64,000 bases of DNA, taken from the NCBI GenBank assembly GCA_963842085.1, contig CAWJET010000001.1, positions 2,080,001 to 2,144,000 on the forward strand. The letters are read 5' to 3'. This DNA is from an uncultured delta proteobacterium. Lineage in GTDB: Bacteria > Desulfobacterota > Binatia > Binatales > Binataceae. This document shows, one piece after another, positions 1 through 9,305 of this stretch. Below the pieces are notes generated by a model that did no database searches, was not told the origin of the DNA, and saw only the letters and a program-made list of their open reading frames with translations. Every line of letters begins with the position of its first letter. Position 1 is the first letter of the stretch. Both the position numbers and the translations under genes were made by a program.

Positions 1-311
1 GGCTTGTCTTCGGGGGCGGTGATCGAGGTTGCGCCGGCCGCCAGCGCGCGCTGGTAGGCTGCGTCCACGTCGTCGACGTACACATAGATGGAAGCGGGCT
101 TGCCGCCGGGATGAGGCGGGTCGCAGACCTCCATCACGACCATCGAATCGCCGATTTTGGCCTCGACGTGAAAGCCCCTGCCGACTCCGAGGCGCTGCAA
201 TTCCACCGCACCGAAGGCCCGCTTTACCAGTTCCAACATGTCCAAACGGCCGTACAAGTAGGGTCGGACACTGCCGACGCCATGGCGGATGTGGCTTGTG
301 GCACTACGCAT
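1..311 (-). CDS. VOC/glyoxalase family protein (PhnB-like), 3' end outside window
   Basis: Manual minus-strand translation MRSATSHIRHGVGSVRPYLYG...FHVEAKIGDSMVVME...SIYVYVDDVDAAYQRALAAGATSITAPEDKP; GGAG RBS upstream; not in ORF track because truncated. Confidence 0.85.
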   Translation of the reverse strand, partial: MRSATSHIRHGVGSVRPYLYGRLDMLELVKRAFGAVELQRLGVGRGFHVEAKIGDSMVVMEVCDPPHPGGKPASIYVYVDDVDAAYQRALAAGATSITAPEDK

Positions 312-492
312 GGGCATTCTCCGGGCGGACATTATACCGGTATTGGCTGTATCGGTATTAACCAGGCAACGTCCTAATGGTTACGGTATCGCTACTGAGG
401 GGCTTGGTTTATCCGTGTGCGGTTCGTATTCTAACAGGTCGGTTGCCAAGGCTCGCAGCTTGAATCTACAATCAGTCCGGGGAGATTGACGA

Positions 493-1797
493 ATGGCCGA
501 TCCGCTTAGCTTCGAGGCGCTGGCGAGCAGCGAACATGTGCTGTCCAGCGCGGAAAACTTCGTTCTCTACGTGTTGCTCGAGGCTGTTGCCCGGGGCGCG
601 GGCGGCGCGGGCGGCGGCAGCCGGGTGCCGCTCAACTTGGGTGTGGTGATAGATCGGTCGGGCTCGATGTACGACGAACGGCGGCTGGAATTCGTCGTCG
701 ACGCAGTCAAATTCCTGGCCGACAACCTGACCGAGGACGACAAGGTCTCGATAGTCGCGTTTGCCGACAAGGCGAAAGTGATAATCACGCCCGAGGCCGC
801 GCGTGACAAGGCCGCGATCAAACGCGCGATCGACGATATCGACCTGCTCGAAATCGGCGGCGGCACGCAGATGGCGCTCGGGATGCGTGCGGCAATCGAC
901 GAGGTCAAGAAAAATCTCAGCCCCGATCGCCTCAATCGCGTGCTGGTGCTCACCGACGGCCAGACCTACGAAGAGACGGCTTGTATCGACCTGGTCGAGA
1001 AGAACCGCGGCGAGATTTCGTTCTCGACGATGGGCGTCGGCGTCGAGTTCAACGAGAAACTGCTGCAACGCCTGGCGCAGGACTCCAACGGCAAATATCA
1101 TTTCATCGGCGACCCGGCCGAGATTCCCAGCATTTTCGAAGACGAGCTCGAGGGACTGCGCTCGGTGAGCCTGCGCAACGGGCGAATCGAGGTGACCCTG
1201 TCGCAGGGCGTGCAGGTGCGCGAAGCGTTTCGAGCTTCGCCGGAAATTTACGTGCTCGGCACGCCGTTGGTCGGCGAGGACCGCAAAATCGGCTACGAGA
1301 TTGGCGACCTGCAGGCGGGCGTGCCCGGCTCCGTGCTGTTGACGCTGGTGCTGCCGCCGCGCAAGCCGGGGCAGGTCAGAATTCTGCAAAGCACGTTCCA
1401 TTACGAGGTGCCGGGCGGCGGCGAAAAGACCGTGGAATGCGATCTGACCGTCGATTACACGCTCGATCGGACGCTGACCAGCAAGCGCAACGGCCGCGTC
1501 ATGAACCTGGTGGACCAGGTCTCGATCGCCAAGCTGCAGGCCAAGGCGGAAGAGGAACTCAAGGCGGGCAACGTCGACCGGGCGACGCGCCTGCTCGGCA
1601 ACGCGCTGCAAGGCACGCAGCGGATGGGCAATGTCAAGGCGACGCAGGCGCTGTCGGGTCTGATCGATCAGATCAAGAAGACGCAGACTCTGCAGACCAA
1701 GGCGGCCAAGACCACGCTGCTGCAAGCGCAGGCAGTGGTGCGCAAGACCCAGATGCTCGATCCGGAAGCGTTGAAGGAATTTCAGAAGTCCGACTAG
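493..1797 (+). CDS. von Willebrand factor A (vWA/MIDAS) domain protein, YfbK-like with helical C-terminal tail
   Basis: PLNLGVVIDRSGSM (DxSxS MIDAS), GGTQM, LTDGQ motifs; GGGAG RBS. Confidence 0.9.
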   Translation: MADPLSFEALASSEHVLSSAENFVLYVLLEAVARGAGGAGGGSRVPLNLGVVIDRSGSMYDERRLEFVVDAVKFLADNLTEDDKVSIVAFADKAKVIITPEAARDKAAIKRAIDDIDLLEIGGGTQMALGMRAAIDEVKKNLSPDRLNRVLVLTDGQTYEETACIDLVEKNRGEISFSTMGVGVEFNEKLLQRLAQDSNGKYHFIGDPAEIPSIFEDELEGLRSVSLRNGRIEVTLSQGVQVREAFRASPEIYVLGTPLVGEDRKIGYEIGDLQAGVPGSVLLTLVLPPRKPGQVRILQSTFHYEVPGGGEKTVECDLTVDYTLDRTLTSKRNGRVMNLVDQVSIAKLQAKAEEELKAGNVDRATRLLGNALQGTQRMGNVKATQALSGLIDQIKKTQTLQTKAAKTTLLQAQAVVRKTQMLDPEALKEFQKSD

Positions 1798-1886
1798 TGT
1801 TATCGCGTGAAACGTGAAAGATGGAAATGAAATTTGGTGAACGGCACGGTACCGATACTTCGAACTCACCGGCGAGGGCTTAGACC

Positions 1887-2531
1887 ATGATCAAATGCGG
1901 CGAATGCGGCTACGAAAACATGGACGGACTTGATTACTGCGACGGATGCGGCGCGAAGCTCGCCGCCGCCGGCACCGCCGCTGGCGCTCCCGCTGCCGCG
2001 GCTCCCGAAGCCGCGGCTCCCGAAGCAGCGCCAGCCGCTCCCGCTGCTGAAAGCACCGACGCTAACGCGGCGCCTGCGGACGGGGCGGCGGCTCCGACGG
2101 CAGAAGCGCCCAAGTCGGAAGCGCCGACCGGTGAGATCAAGCCGGAGGCCGCGCCCGAAAGTGCGCCCGCAACGGCGGCCGCTGCGGCGCCGTTCAAGGC
2201 GAAGCTGGCGGTGGTTCGCGGCGGACGCAAGGGCCAGGAATTCCCGCTCGAAGACGGCAACAATCTGATCGGCAGATGGGATCCCGAGACGGGATCGTTT
2301 CCGGAGGTGGATCTCGACGCCGACGATCCCGAGGCGAAGATCTCGCGCAAGCACGCGCTGATTCGAATCGAAGGAGGCAAGATCACGATCGAGGACATCG
2401 GCAGTCTCAACGGCACCTACGTGAATCGTCAGCCGCGGCTCTCGCCGGGCAGTCCCGCCGAGATCAAGTCGGGTGACGAAGTGATCATCGGAAAAACGTT
2501 TTTGAAGCTGGTGGTAGAACCGATCTCTTGA
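1887..2531 (+). CDS. Zinc-ribbon + Ala/Pro linker + FHA domain protein
   Basis: N-terminal CGECG..CDGCG; C-terminal IGR..ISRKHA..DIGSLNGTYVN FHA signature. Confidence 0.9.
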   Translation: MIKCGECGYENMDGLDYCDGCGAKLAAAGTAAGAPAAAAPEAAAPEAAPAAPAAESTDANAAPADGAAAPTAEAPKSEAPTGEIKPEAAPESAPATAAAAAPFKAKLAVVRGGRKGQEFPLEDGNNLIGRWDPETGSFPEVDLDADDPEAKISRKHALIRIEGGKITIEDIGSLNGTYVNRQPRLSPGSPAEIKSGDEVIIGKTFLKLVVEPIS

Positions 2532-2606
2532 GCCGCCATCCCCTCCAGTCGCGCCCGGAAGTACGCCGCGTGCGTGGAAGCTGATGGGGGGTTATAGACA
2601 ATCGCC

Positions 2607-4343
2607 ATGAATGCGGGTGAGGAGCTCCCCGAGGGCCATCTTCTCGACGGTCGTTACCGCGTCAAGAAGGTGCTCGGCGTTGGCGGGATGGGACGCGTGT
2701 ACCTGTCCAACGACACGCGCCTGGCGAACCGGCCGGTGGCGGTCAAAGAGATGGTCGTCGGCGACGGAATCCAGGAGAAAAAGGCGGTCGAGGATTTCGC
2801 GCGCGAGGCCAACGTGCTCGCGCGCCTGTCGCATCCGGGGATCCCCACTCTGATCGATCACTTCGCCGAGAACGCGCGCCATTACCTGGTGATGGAGTTT
2901 GTCGCGGGCGGCGATTTGCAGCACCTGCTCGACAAGCTGGGGCCCAAGGGCAAAGTCGCCGAGGACCGAGTTCTCAGGTGGGCGCGGCAGATGCTCGACG
3001 TGCTCGATTTCCTGCACGGGCAAAAGCCGCCGATAATTTATCGCGACCTGAAGCCCGGCAATATCATGATCGACAAGGACGGCCGCGCGATGCTGATCGA
3101 TTTCGGCATCGCGCGCTTCCTGCCGCCGGGCGGACGCGGCACGCAAATCGGTTCGGTCGGCTACGCGCCACCCGAGCAGTACATGGGCAAGGTCGAGACG
3201 CGCTCGGACCTTTACTCGCTGGCCGCCACCATGCATCACCTGCTGACCGGGCGCGATCCGCAGCTCGAGCCGCCGTTCAGCTTTCCTCCCCTGCGCGCGC
3301 TCGCGCCCGAGGTTTCGGTCAAGACGGCCGACGCCGTAATGCGCGCGCTCGAGCAGGACGTGACCAAGCGGCCGGCGTCGGCAAAAGAGATGAAGCGCGC
3401 ACTGCCCGAGCCGCCGCCCGAGAACAAGTCGGGGCAACTGAGTGGGAGCGCGGGACTCGCGATCGGCGCCGGCGCGGGCGCGCCGAGTCCGATGTCCACG
3501 CAGTCGACAGTGGTGCTGAGCAATTCGAATGCGCCGGCGGCGGCGCCACGGTCGCGGCCGATGACCCCGTGGAAGTCGGCGGTATCGAGTGCGCCGGCGT
3601 CCACGATGCCAACGATCGTGCTGAGCGAGCCGGCCGCGGCAAAAATCAAGAGCGGCGGTGGAACGGGCGGCAGCACGGCGGCCAAGCTCGTCGCGCCGCA
3701 AATCAAAAGGGCGATCGAGCTCGGCGGCAAAGCGCGCAGCATGATTGAGCGTCGGCTCAAGGCGCGCATGTCCGCATCGGCGCACAGCGCGGCTCCGAAT
3801 CCGTCATCGACGGCCAAGACGAAAGAGTTGAAGCCGGCGGTAGCGGCGTCGTCGTACGGATCGCGACTCGGCTCGACCGGCGACTCGGCGCAGGCCGACA
3901 CCAAAGCCCGGACGGGTTCGCGCGCATCTTCGTCGCGCAGCTATTCGCCGCGGATTTCGACGGGTCCAGGTGCCGGCGGATTGTTTGCAAACAACAACAA
4001 CGGCGCCGTCGACGTATCCGCCGCGCCGGCCAAGCTGGTCTCGCGCGGCGATGAAATCGAGTTCGGCATTTTTGGGATGCGCACCGTGATCGGACGCTCG
4101 CAGGATAAGGCCGACAAGCTCGATATCGATTTGAAGAAGCTCGCGCAGGGCGGCGATCGCGTCTCGCGGCGCCATGCGGAGATAGTGCTGCGCGGCACCG
4201 ACTACTTCATCCGCGATCTGGGCAGCCTGAACGGCACGTATATCGCCGGGCGCGGCAAGCTCGGGCGCGACCAACTGTATAAGTTGAAAGACCGCGACCA
4301 GGTGGTGTTCGGTGGTGCTATATTGCAGTTTCGGAGAGGCTAG
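2607..4343 (+). CDS. Hanks-type Ser/Thr protein kinase with C-terminal FHA domain (cytoplasmic)
   Basis: GVGGMG, AVKEM, YRDLKPGN, DFG, APPE; C-terminal VIGRS..VSRRHA..GSLNGT; no TM segment. Confidence 0.92.
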   Translation: MNAGEELPEGHLLDGRYRVKKVLGVGGMGRVYLSNDTRLANRPVAVKEMVVGDGIQEKKAVEDFAREANVLARLSHPGIPTLIDHFAENARHYLVMEFVAGGDLQHLLDKLGPKGKVAEDRVLRWARQMLDVLDFLHGQKPPIIYRDLKPGNIMIDKDGRAMLIDFGIARFLPPGGRGTQIGSVGYAPPEQYMGKVETRSDLYSLAATMHHLLTGRDPQLEPPFSFPPLRALAPEVSVKTADAVMRALEQDVTKRPASAKEMKRALPEPPPENKSGQLSGSAGLAIGAGAGAPSPMSTQSTVVLSNSNAPAAAPRSRPMTPWKSAVSSAPASTMPTIVLSEPAAAKIKSGGGTGGSTAAKLVAPQIKRAIELGGKARSMIERRLKARMSASAHSAAPNPSSTAKTKELKPAVAASSYGSRLGSTGDSAQADTKARTGSRASSSRSYSPRISTGPGAGGLFANNNNGAVDVSAAPAKLVSRGDEIEFGIFGMRTVIGRSQDKADKLDIDLKKLAQGGDRVSRRHAEIVLRGTDYFIRDLGSLNGTYIAGRGKLGRDQLYKLKDRDQVVFGGAILQFRRG

Positions 4344-4349
4344 CGGCGC

Positions 4350-6407
4350 ATGATCACCTGTCCTGAATGCGGCCAAGAGGCGCCGGACGACGCCACGTTT
4401 TGCGATCGATGCGGTCAGGGACTGTCCAAGGCAGCCTCATCCGCGGCGCAGTCGTCGCCGACGCGGCCGACGCCTCTGACAGCCTGCACGTCACTCAGAG
4501 GCGGAATCGAGATAGTCGCGCTGACGGGCCAGACGTCGATTGAAAATCGCTATCGGGCAAAACGGGTCCGCGACGGCAAGACGGAATCGATCGCATTGCG
4601 CGAGCGCTTCGGCCCGCAACCGGCGGCAGAAGCTGTCGATGAAGCGCCGGTGGTCGAGACGCCTGCGCCGCAGGCGGTGCGTAACGAAGATCCCAACGGT
4701 CCGAGCGCCAAGACGGCGGAACTCAGACCGCAGGCTGCGCAAACCAATGGGACCGCATCCGCGGCGCCGCCGCAGCACGCGTCGAGTGCGCCCGTGGCAG
4801 CGCCGGCCGGCACCGACGCGTCGGCGGAAGGCATACAGTCGGCGGTCGCGACCGAAGCGAGCGCTGGCGTTTTGGCCGAGGCCGCGGAGAATGCATCGCC
4901 GGATGAAGCGAGCGAAGCGGCGGAAGCGGCGGTCGTAGCCGAAACTCAGCAAAATTCGGCGAGCGGCGACGGCGCGCTCGAGGATGAATCGCCCGTGGGC
5001 GGCGAAGATCTCGGTGAGGTCTTCGGGCGTGTGCTGGCGCTGTCACAAACGATCAGCCATCCGGCGTTTCAGCGCGCGATCGAAGGATTCGCTTCGGTTG
5101 AAAACGGCCGCGTGTACCTGATTTACGCCGACGAGGTACTAAAGCCGCTGCGTCGCGGTTCTCAGAAAATGAGCGAGCCGGAAGCGATCGCGGCCGCGGT
5201 GCAGCTCTGCCAGGCGATTTCGTTTGTGCATCGCCGGGCGCTCAGGCTCAACGACATCTGCCCGGAATCGGTTTCGCTTGCCAAGGACGGCCGGCTCAAG
5301 CTGACGGGCCTGGACTACGTCAGCAACGACAACGAACTTCAGAGCGAGCCGATTTTCAACGACGGCTACACGGCGCCCGAGATTTATCGCGGCAAAAAAG
5401 TGGACAAGCGCGCTGACATTTTCTCGGCCGGCGCGCTCCTCTACACGTGGCTCACGGGCGCGAGGATTCCCAGCGAGAGCTGGCGCGAAGAGGCCGGACC
5501 GGTCCAGTTCTATCCGCCGCATGTCGTCACACCGCGGCTGGAGAATGCGATTCGCCGTGCGATCGCCTTCAGTCCCGCCGATCGCTGGCCGACGGTCGAC
5601 GAGTTCAAGGCCGAGCTGATCGCGCTCGGAAGCACGATTCGCCTGCGCGCGGCCGCGATGACCGACGTTGGCCGTGTGCGCGAGCATAACGAGGACTCGG
5701 TGCTGGCGGTCGAGTACGTACGCGAATCGCTGGTCGAGCCGGCGCAGACGCATTTGTATGTCGTGGCCGACGGAATGGGCGGCGCGGAGGCCGGCGAAGT
5801 CGCTTCCGCAATTGCCGTTGAGACGATCCGGAGTTACATTGAGACCCGGCTCGATACCGCACGTGGAGAAGTTAAAAACGGAGCGGAGCTGCTGACGGGC
5901 GCGCTCGAAGAAGCGAATTCCAGGATTATCGACTATGTGGCGAGCCATCCGGAGTCGCGCGGAATGGGTTCGACGGGCGTTTGCGCGCTGGTCACGCCTT
6001 CAAACGCGGCCGTGGCCTGGGTCGGCGACAGCCGGGGATACGTGATGGAAGGCGCGACGCTTCGCCAGGTCACGAAGGATCATTCTCTCGTGCAGCGGCT
6101 GGTCGAAATAGGCCAGATAACCGCTGAGGAAGCGCACACGCACGAGCACAAGAACGTGATCACGCGCTCGCTCGGCGCGCGCCAGAGCGGACCAGCCGGG
6201 GCGGAGGCGGTCGCGCTCAAGCTGAAACGCGGGGACAAGCTGATGCTGTGCAGCGACGGCTTGACGGCGCACGTCATGGACAATCAGATCCGCGACATCC
6301 TGGGGCGCAACGCGGATCCCTTCGACGCGGCGCGCGAATTAATCGTCGCAGCCAACGCCGGTGGCGGTACCGACAACATTTCAGTGATTGTAGTCTATGC
6401 AAGCTAG
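4350..6407 (+). CDS. Zinc-ribbon + degenerate kinase + PP2C/PPM (Stp1-like) phosphatase fusion
   Basis: CPECG..CDRCG; kinase-like C-lobe (LNDICPES, GYTAPE, ADIFSAG); intact PP2C motifs DVGRVREHNED, VADGMGG, GDSRGY, CSDGL, GGTDNIS. Confidence 0.9.
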   Translation: MITCPECGQEAPDDATFCDRCGQGLSKAASSAAQSSPTRPTPLTACTSLRGGIEIVALTGQTSIENRYRAKRVRDGKTESIALRERFGPQPAAEAVDEAPVVETPAPQAVRNEDPNGPSAKTAELRPQAAQTNGTASAAPPQHASSAPVAAPAGTDASAEGIQSAVATEASAGVLAEAAENASPDEASEAAEAAVVAETQQNSASGDGALEDESPVGGEDLGEVFGRVLALSQTISHPAFQRAIEGFASVENGRVYLIYADEVLKPLRRGSQKMSEPEAIAAAVQLCQAISFVHRRALRLNDICPESVSLAKDGRLKLTGLDYVSNDNELQSEPIFNDGYTAPEIYRGKKVDKRADIFSAGALLYTWLTGARIPSESWREEAGPVQFYPPHVVTPRLENAIRRAIAFSPADRWPTVDEFKAELIALGSTIRLRAAAMTDVGRVREHNEDSVLAVEYVRESLVEPAQTHLYVVADGMGGAEAGEVASAIAVETIRSYIETRLDTARGEVKNGAELLTGALEEANSRIIDYVASHPESRGMGSTGVCALVTPSNAAVAWVGDSRGYVMEGATLRQVTKDHSLVQRLVEIGQITAEEAHTHEHKNVITRSLGARQSGPAGAEAVALKLKRGDKLMLCSDGLTAHVMDNQIRDILGRNADPFDAARELIVAANAGGGTDNISVIVVYAS

Positions 6408-6434
6408 GCGCGAACGACGCGTCGGCGATTAACG

Positions 6435-8813
6435 ATGGCCACCTCGCCCAAAGATACATCGCAGCAGACCGGGCCGCTCGCGGCCGGCACCGTGCTGCAG
6501 GGCCGCTACGCGATCGCGCGGCTGCTCGGCGGCGGCGGGATGGGGATGGTCTACCTCGCGCATGACCAGCGCCTGGCCAATCGCCCGTGCGCGATCAAGG
6601 AGATGGTCGATCACTTTATCGACCAGGCGCAGCGGATCGAGGCCAACGAGTATTTCGCGCGCGAAGCCGACACGCTCGCGCAACTGAAGCATCAGGCGAT
6701 TCCCGCGATCACCGACCGCTTCGAACTCGCCAATCGCCATTACCTGGTGATGGAGTACGTCGAGGGGCGCAACCTCGAGGAGGAACTCGCCGCGCGCGGC
6801 GAGCCGCTGCCCGAGGGCCTGGTGATCGACATCGCGCGCCAGCTGTGCGACGTGCTCGCGTATCTGCACGGGCTCACGCCGCCGATAATTTATCGCGACA
6901 TGAAGCCGTCCAACGTGATGGTCAATTCGAACGGGCGGGTGGTGCTGGTGGACTTTGGGATCGCGCGGCTGTTCAAGGCGGCGCGCAAGGGCACGATGAT
7001 CGGCACGCTCGGCTTCGCGCCGCCGGAGCAGTACCAGGGCCTGGTCGATCCGCGCAGCGACATCTACTCGCTGGGTGCGACGCTGCATTACGTGCTGACG
7101 GGCCGCGACCCCGAAAAGTTCCCGCCCTTCAGTTTTCCGCCGGTGCGCGACCTGCGTCCGGGCGCGTCGAGCAACCTGGCGGGCGCTATCGACGCTGCCC
7201 TGGCATACGAGGTGGACGGGCGGCCGGGGACCATCCAGGAATTTCGCGACATGATGCTCTACGGGCGCGGCCTCACGCTCGACGGCGCTCGCGTCAGCTC
7301 GACCAGCGGAACCGGCGGCCTGTCGCAGTACCAGGAACAACTCGAGTTTGAGGACGAGCCGGTCGTTCCTCGCAAGCCGCGCAGCGCGCTGGGCCGTTCG
7401 ATCGGTCTGGCGATCTTCCTGATGGTGTTGGCGGGGGCCGCGTTCGGCGGGACCTACCTTTATTCAGATCCGGCACTGCAGCTGCGGCTCGGGCTCAAGC
7501 CGCTGTTCGACGGACTGCCGTGGAAGCATGAGGAGTTGCTGGCCAAGGCGCGCGAGAATCCGCTCGAATTTTCCCAGATGACGCTGGCGCTTTCGACGCG
7601 CGAGGGCACCGCCCTGGCGCCGCCGCAATCGCAATTCAAGGACACCGATCTGACCAACGCGCGCTACCTGAAGTGGACCGCGACCTTCAAAAACCTGCTC
7701 GCCGGACTGGAAGGGCGCGATGAAAAAGTCGAGGCGCGCTTTTACGATCCGAACGGACTTCAGATAGCGTCCAGCGACACGAATATGTTTATCGGGCCGG
7801 CGCAGAAAACCGCCGACTTCAGCGGCGTGGCGTTGATGCCGACCATGACCGACAAGCCCGCCGGCACCTACAAAGTGGCGCTCTACTCGAACGACAAGAT
7901 GCTCGCGCAGGAAGGCTTCCAGGTTAACCAGGACGTTAGCGCGAGGAACGCAGCGGCGGCGTCCGCGGCGGCGGCTGCGGCGGCCGCGAAGGAAGAGGAG
8001 CGCAAGCGCGAAGAGGAAGCGCGCAAGCTCGCAATGATCGACGAGCGCCGCGCCAAGCCGCTGCAGCTCCGCAGTATCACCTTTCTCAACACTACCAAGA
8101 CCGGAACCGCACTGTCTGGCGCGACCGACTCTTTCGACGTATCGAAGGTGCTGTTCGTCGGCTGGGAAGTCAGCTTCGAGAACCGGCTTTACAAGCTGGA
8201 GCCCGGCCAATACCGCGTCGATGCGGCGTATATCGGGCCGGACGGCCGCACGCTGGGCAGCGTCAACGATTATCAGCCCGTCTCGCCCAGCATGAAAACG
8301 GTGACGTTTAGCGGACGCGTCGGCAACTCGCGCGGCGGCGCGTTTTTGCCGGGGACGTACACGGTTAATTTTTATCTGAACGGCCAATATTTCGACGCGA
8401 AGAGATTTGAGGTGGTGGCCGACGCGGGTGGCAGTCCGTCCGCGACGTACCCGGGCGGCGGCGGCGCAATCGGCAGCTCGATGGGCGGCAGCAGTTCGGG
8501 CTCCAGCATGCTGGGGCCGACGATCGCCACCGGCACCATCAGCGGTCTTCGCAGCGGCGGTAATCCCGAGATGGAGCTTAGGCTGCGTCCGCAGCCCAAC
8601 GGCTTCCTGCACGGCGAGCTCGTCATCCGTCAGTCAGGCTTCGGGATGACGCCGATCGAAGGATTCGTGCGCGGCAACCACCTGCAATTCCAGGTCCCAT
8701 ACGGCACCGAGACGTACTACTTCGAAGGCGCGCGCAGGAACGATCAGATCAGCGGCACTTTCGAATCGACGCCGTCGGGAGAGCGCGGCACCTGGGTCAC
8801 AACGGCGAACTAA
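6435..8813 (+). CDS. Transmembrane Ser/Thr protein kinase with tandem extracytoplasmic beta-rich domains
   Basis: GGGGMG, AIKEM, YRDMKPSN, DFG, APPE; TM IGLAIFLMVLAGAAFGGTYLY; two repeated beta-rich units after the TM. Confidence 0.92.
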   Translation: MATSPKDTSQQTGPLAAGTVLQGRYAIARLLGGGGMGMVYLAHDQRLANRPCAIKEMVDHFIDQAQRIEANEYFAREADTLAQLKHQAIPAITDRFELANRHYLVMEYVEGRNLEEELAARGEPLPEGLVIDIARQLCDVLAYLHGLTPPIIYRDMKPSNVMVNSNGRVVLVDFGIARLFKAARKGTMIGTLGFAPPEQYQGLVDPRSDIYSLGATLHYVLTGRDPEKFPPFSFPPVRDLRPGASSNLAGAIDAALAYEVDGRPGTIQEFRDMMLYGRGLTLDGARVSSTSGTGGLSQYQEQLEFEDEPVVPRKPRSALGRSIGLAIFLMVLAGAAFGGTYLYSDPALQLRLGLKPLFDGLPWKHEELLAKARENPLEFSQMTLALSTREGTALAPPQSQFKDTDLTNARYLKWTATFKNLLAGLEGRDEKVEARFYDPNGLQIASSDTNMFIGPAQKTADFSGVALMPTMTDKPAGTYKVALYSNDKMLAQEGFQVNQDVSARNAAAASAAAAAAAAKEEERKREEEARKLAMIDERRAKPLQLRSITFLNTTKTGTALSGATDSFDVSKVLFVGWEVSFENRLYKLEPGQYRVDAAYIGPDGRTLGSVNDYQPVSPSMKTVTFSGRVGNSRGGAFLPGTYTVNFYLNGQYFDAKRFEVVADAGGSPSATYPGGGGAIGSSMGGSSSGSSMLGPTIATGTISGLRSGGNPEMELRLRPQPNGFLHGELVIRQSGFGMTPIEGFVRGNHLQFQVPYGTETYYFEGARRNDQISGTFESTPSGERGTWVTTAN

Positions 8814-8817
8814 TAAC

Positions 8818-9210
8818 TTGGACCTGCTCGACGAAGCGGGAATCCCGCAGCCGAAACCGCCGATTATCACCGCCGAGGATCGCGCCGAACTGGCCAGCAT
8901 TGCGCTCGCGCAGCGGCAGTTCTATTACGTGAGCGCGTTTTTTGCGGGATTGGCGGCGGGCGCGGCAATCGCGTACTCCATCGGCTACACCGATGAAGTT
9001 TTCACCATCTTCAAATGGTCCCTTTCAGGAACCGGAATTGCGCTGATCCTGAGCGCGCTCAACATTGGCAAGCTTTATTCATTCAAATGCCCGCGATGCG
9101 GCGAGGTTTACTTCGCGGGAGTCGGCGCGCCGTGGGGAGTCTTCTCGAAGCAATGCGGCACGTGCGGGTTGCCGCTCAATCTGCCCGCCGAGGCGGCATT
9201 GACGCTGTGA
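8818..9210 (+). CDS. Small membrane protein, two TM helices + C-terminal zinc ribbon
   Basis: Two hydrophobic segments then CPRCG..CGTCG; TTG start 4 nt after kinase stop. Confidence 0.65.
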   Translation: MDLLDEAGIPQPKPPIITAEDRAELASIALAQRQFYYVSAFFAGLAAGAAIAYSIGYTDEVFTIFKWSLSGTGIALILSALNIGKLYSFKCPRCGEVYFAGVGAPWGVFSKQCGTCGLPLNLPAEAALTL

Positions 9211-9305
9211 AGCCACCTCCCGGGCCTCGACGATCCTCGCGTCCCCAGATTTGTGCTTGAACCTGACCCAAGCACGCGCAATGCTGAGAGTGAAAAAATT
9301 GCATC

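Noticed and set aside
472-1869. Long antisense ORFs (e.g. 472-1869, 14303-15652, 25462-26730, 28092-29276)
   Set aside because: Shadow frames of high-GC genes with no recognisable motifs
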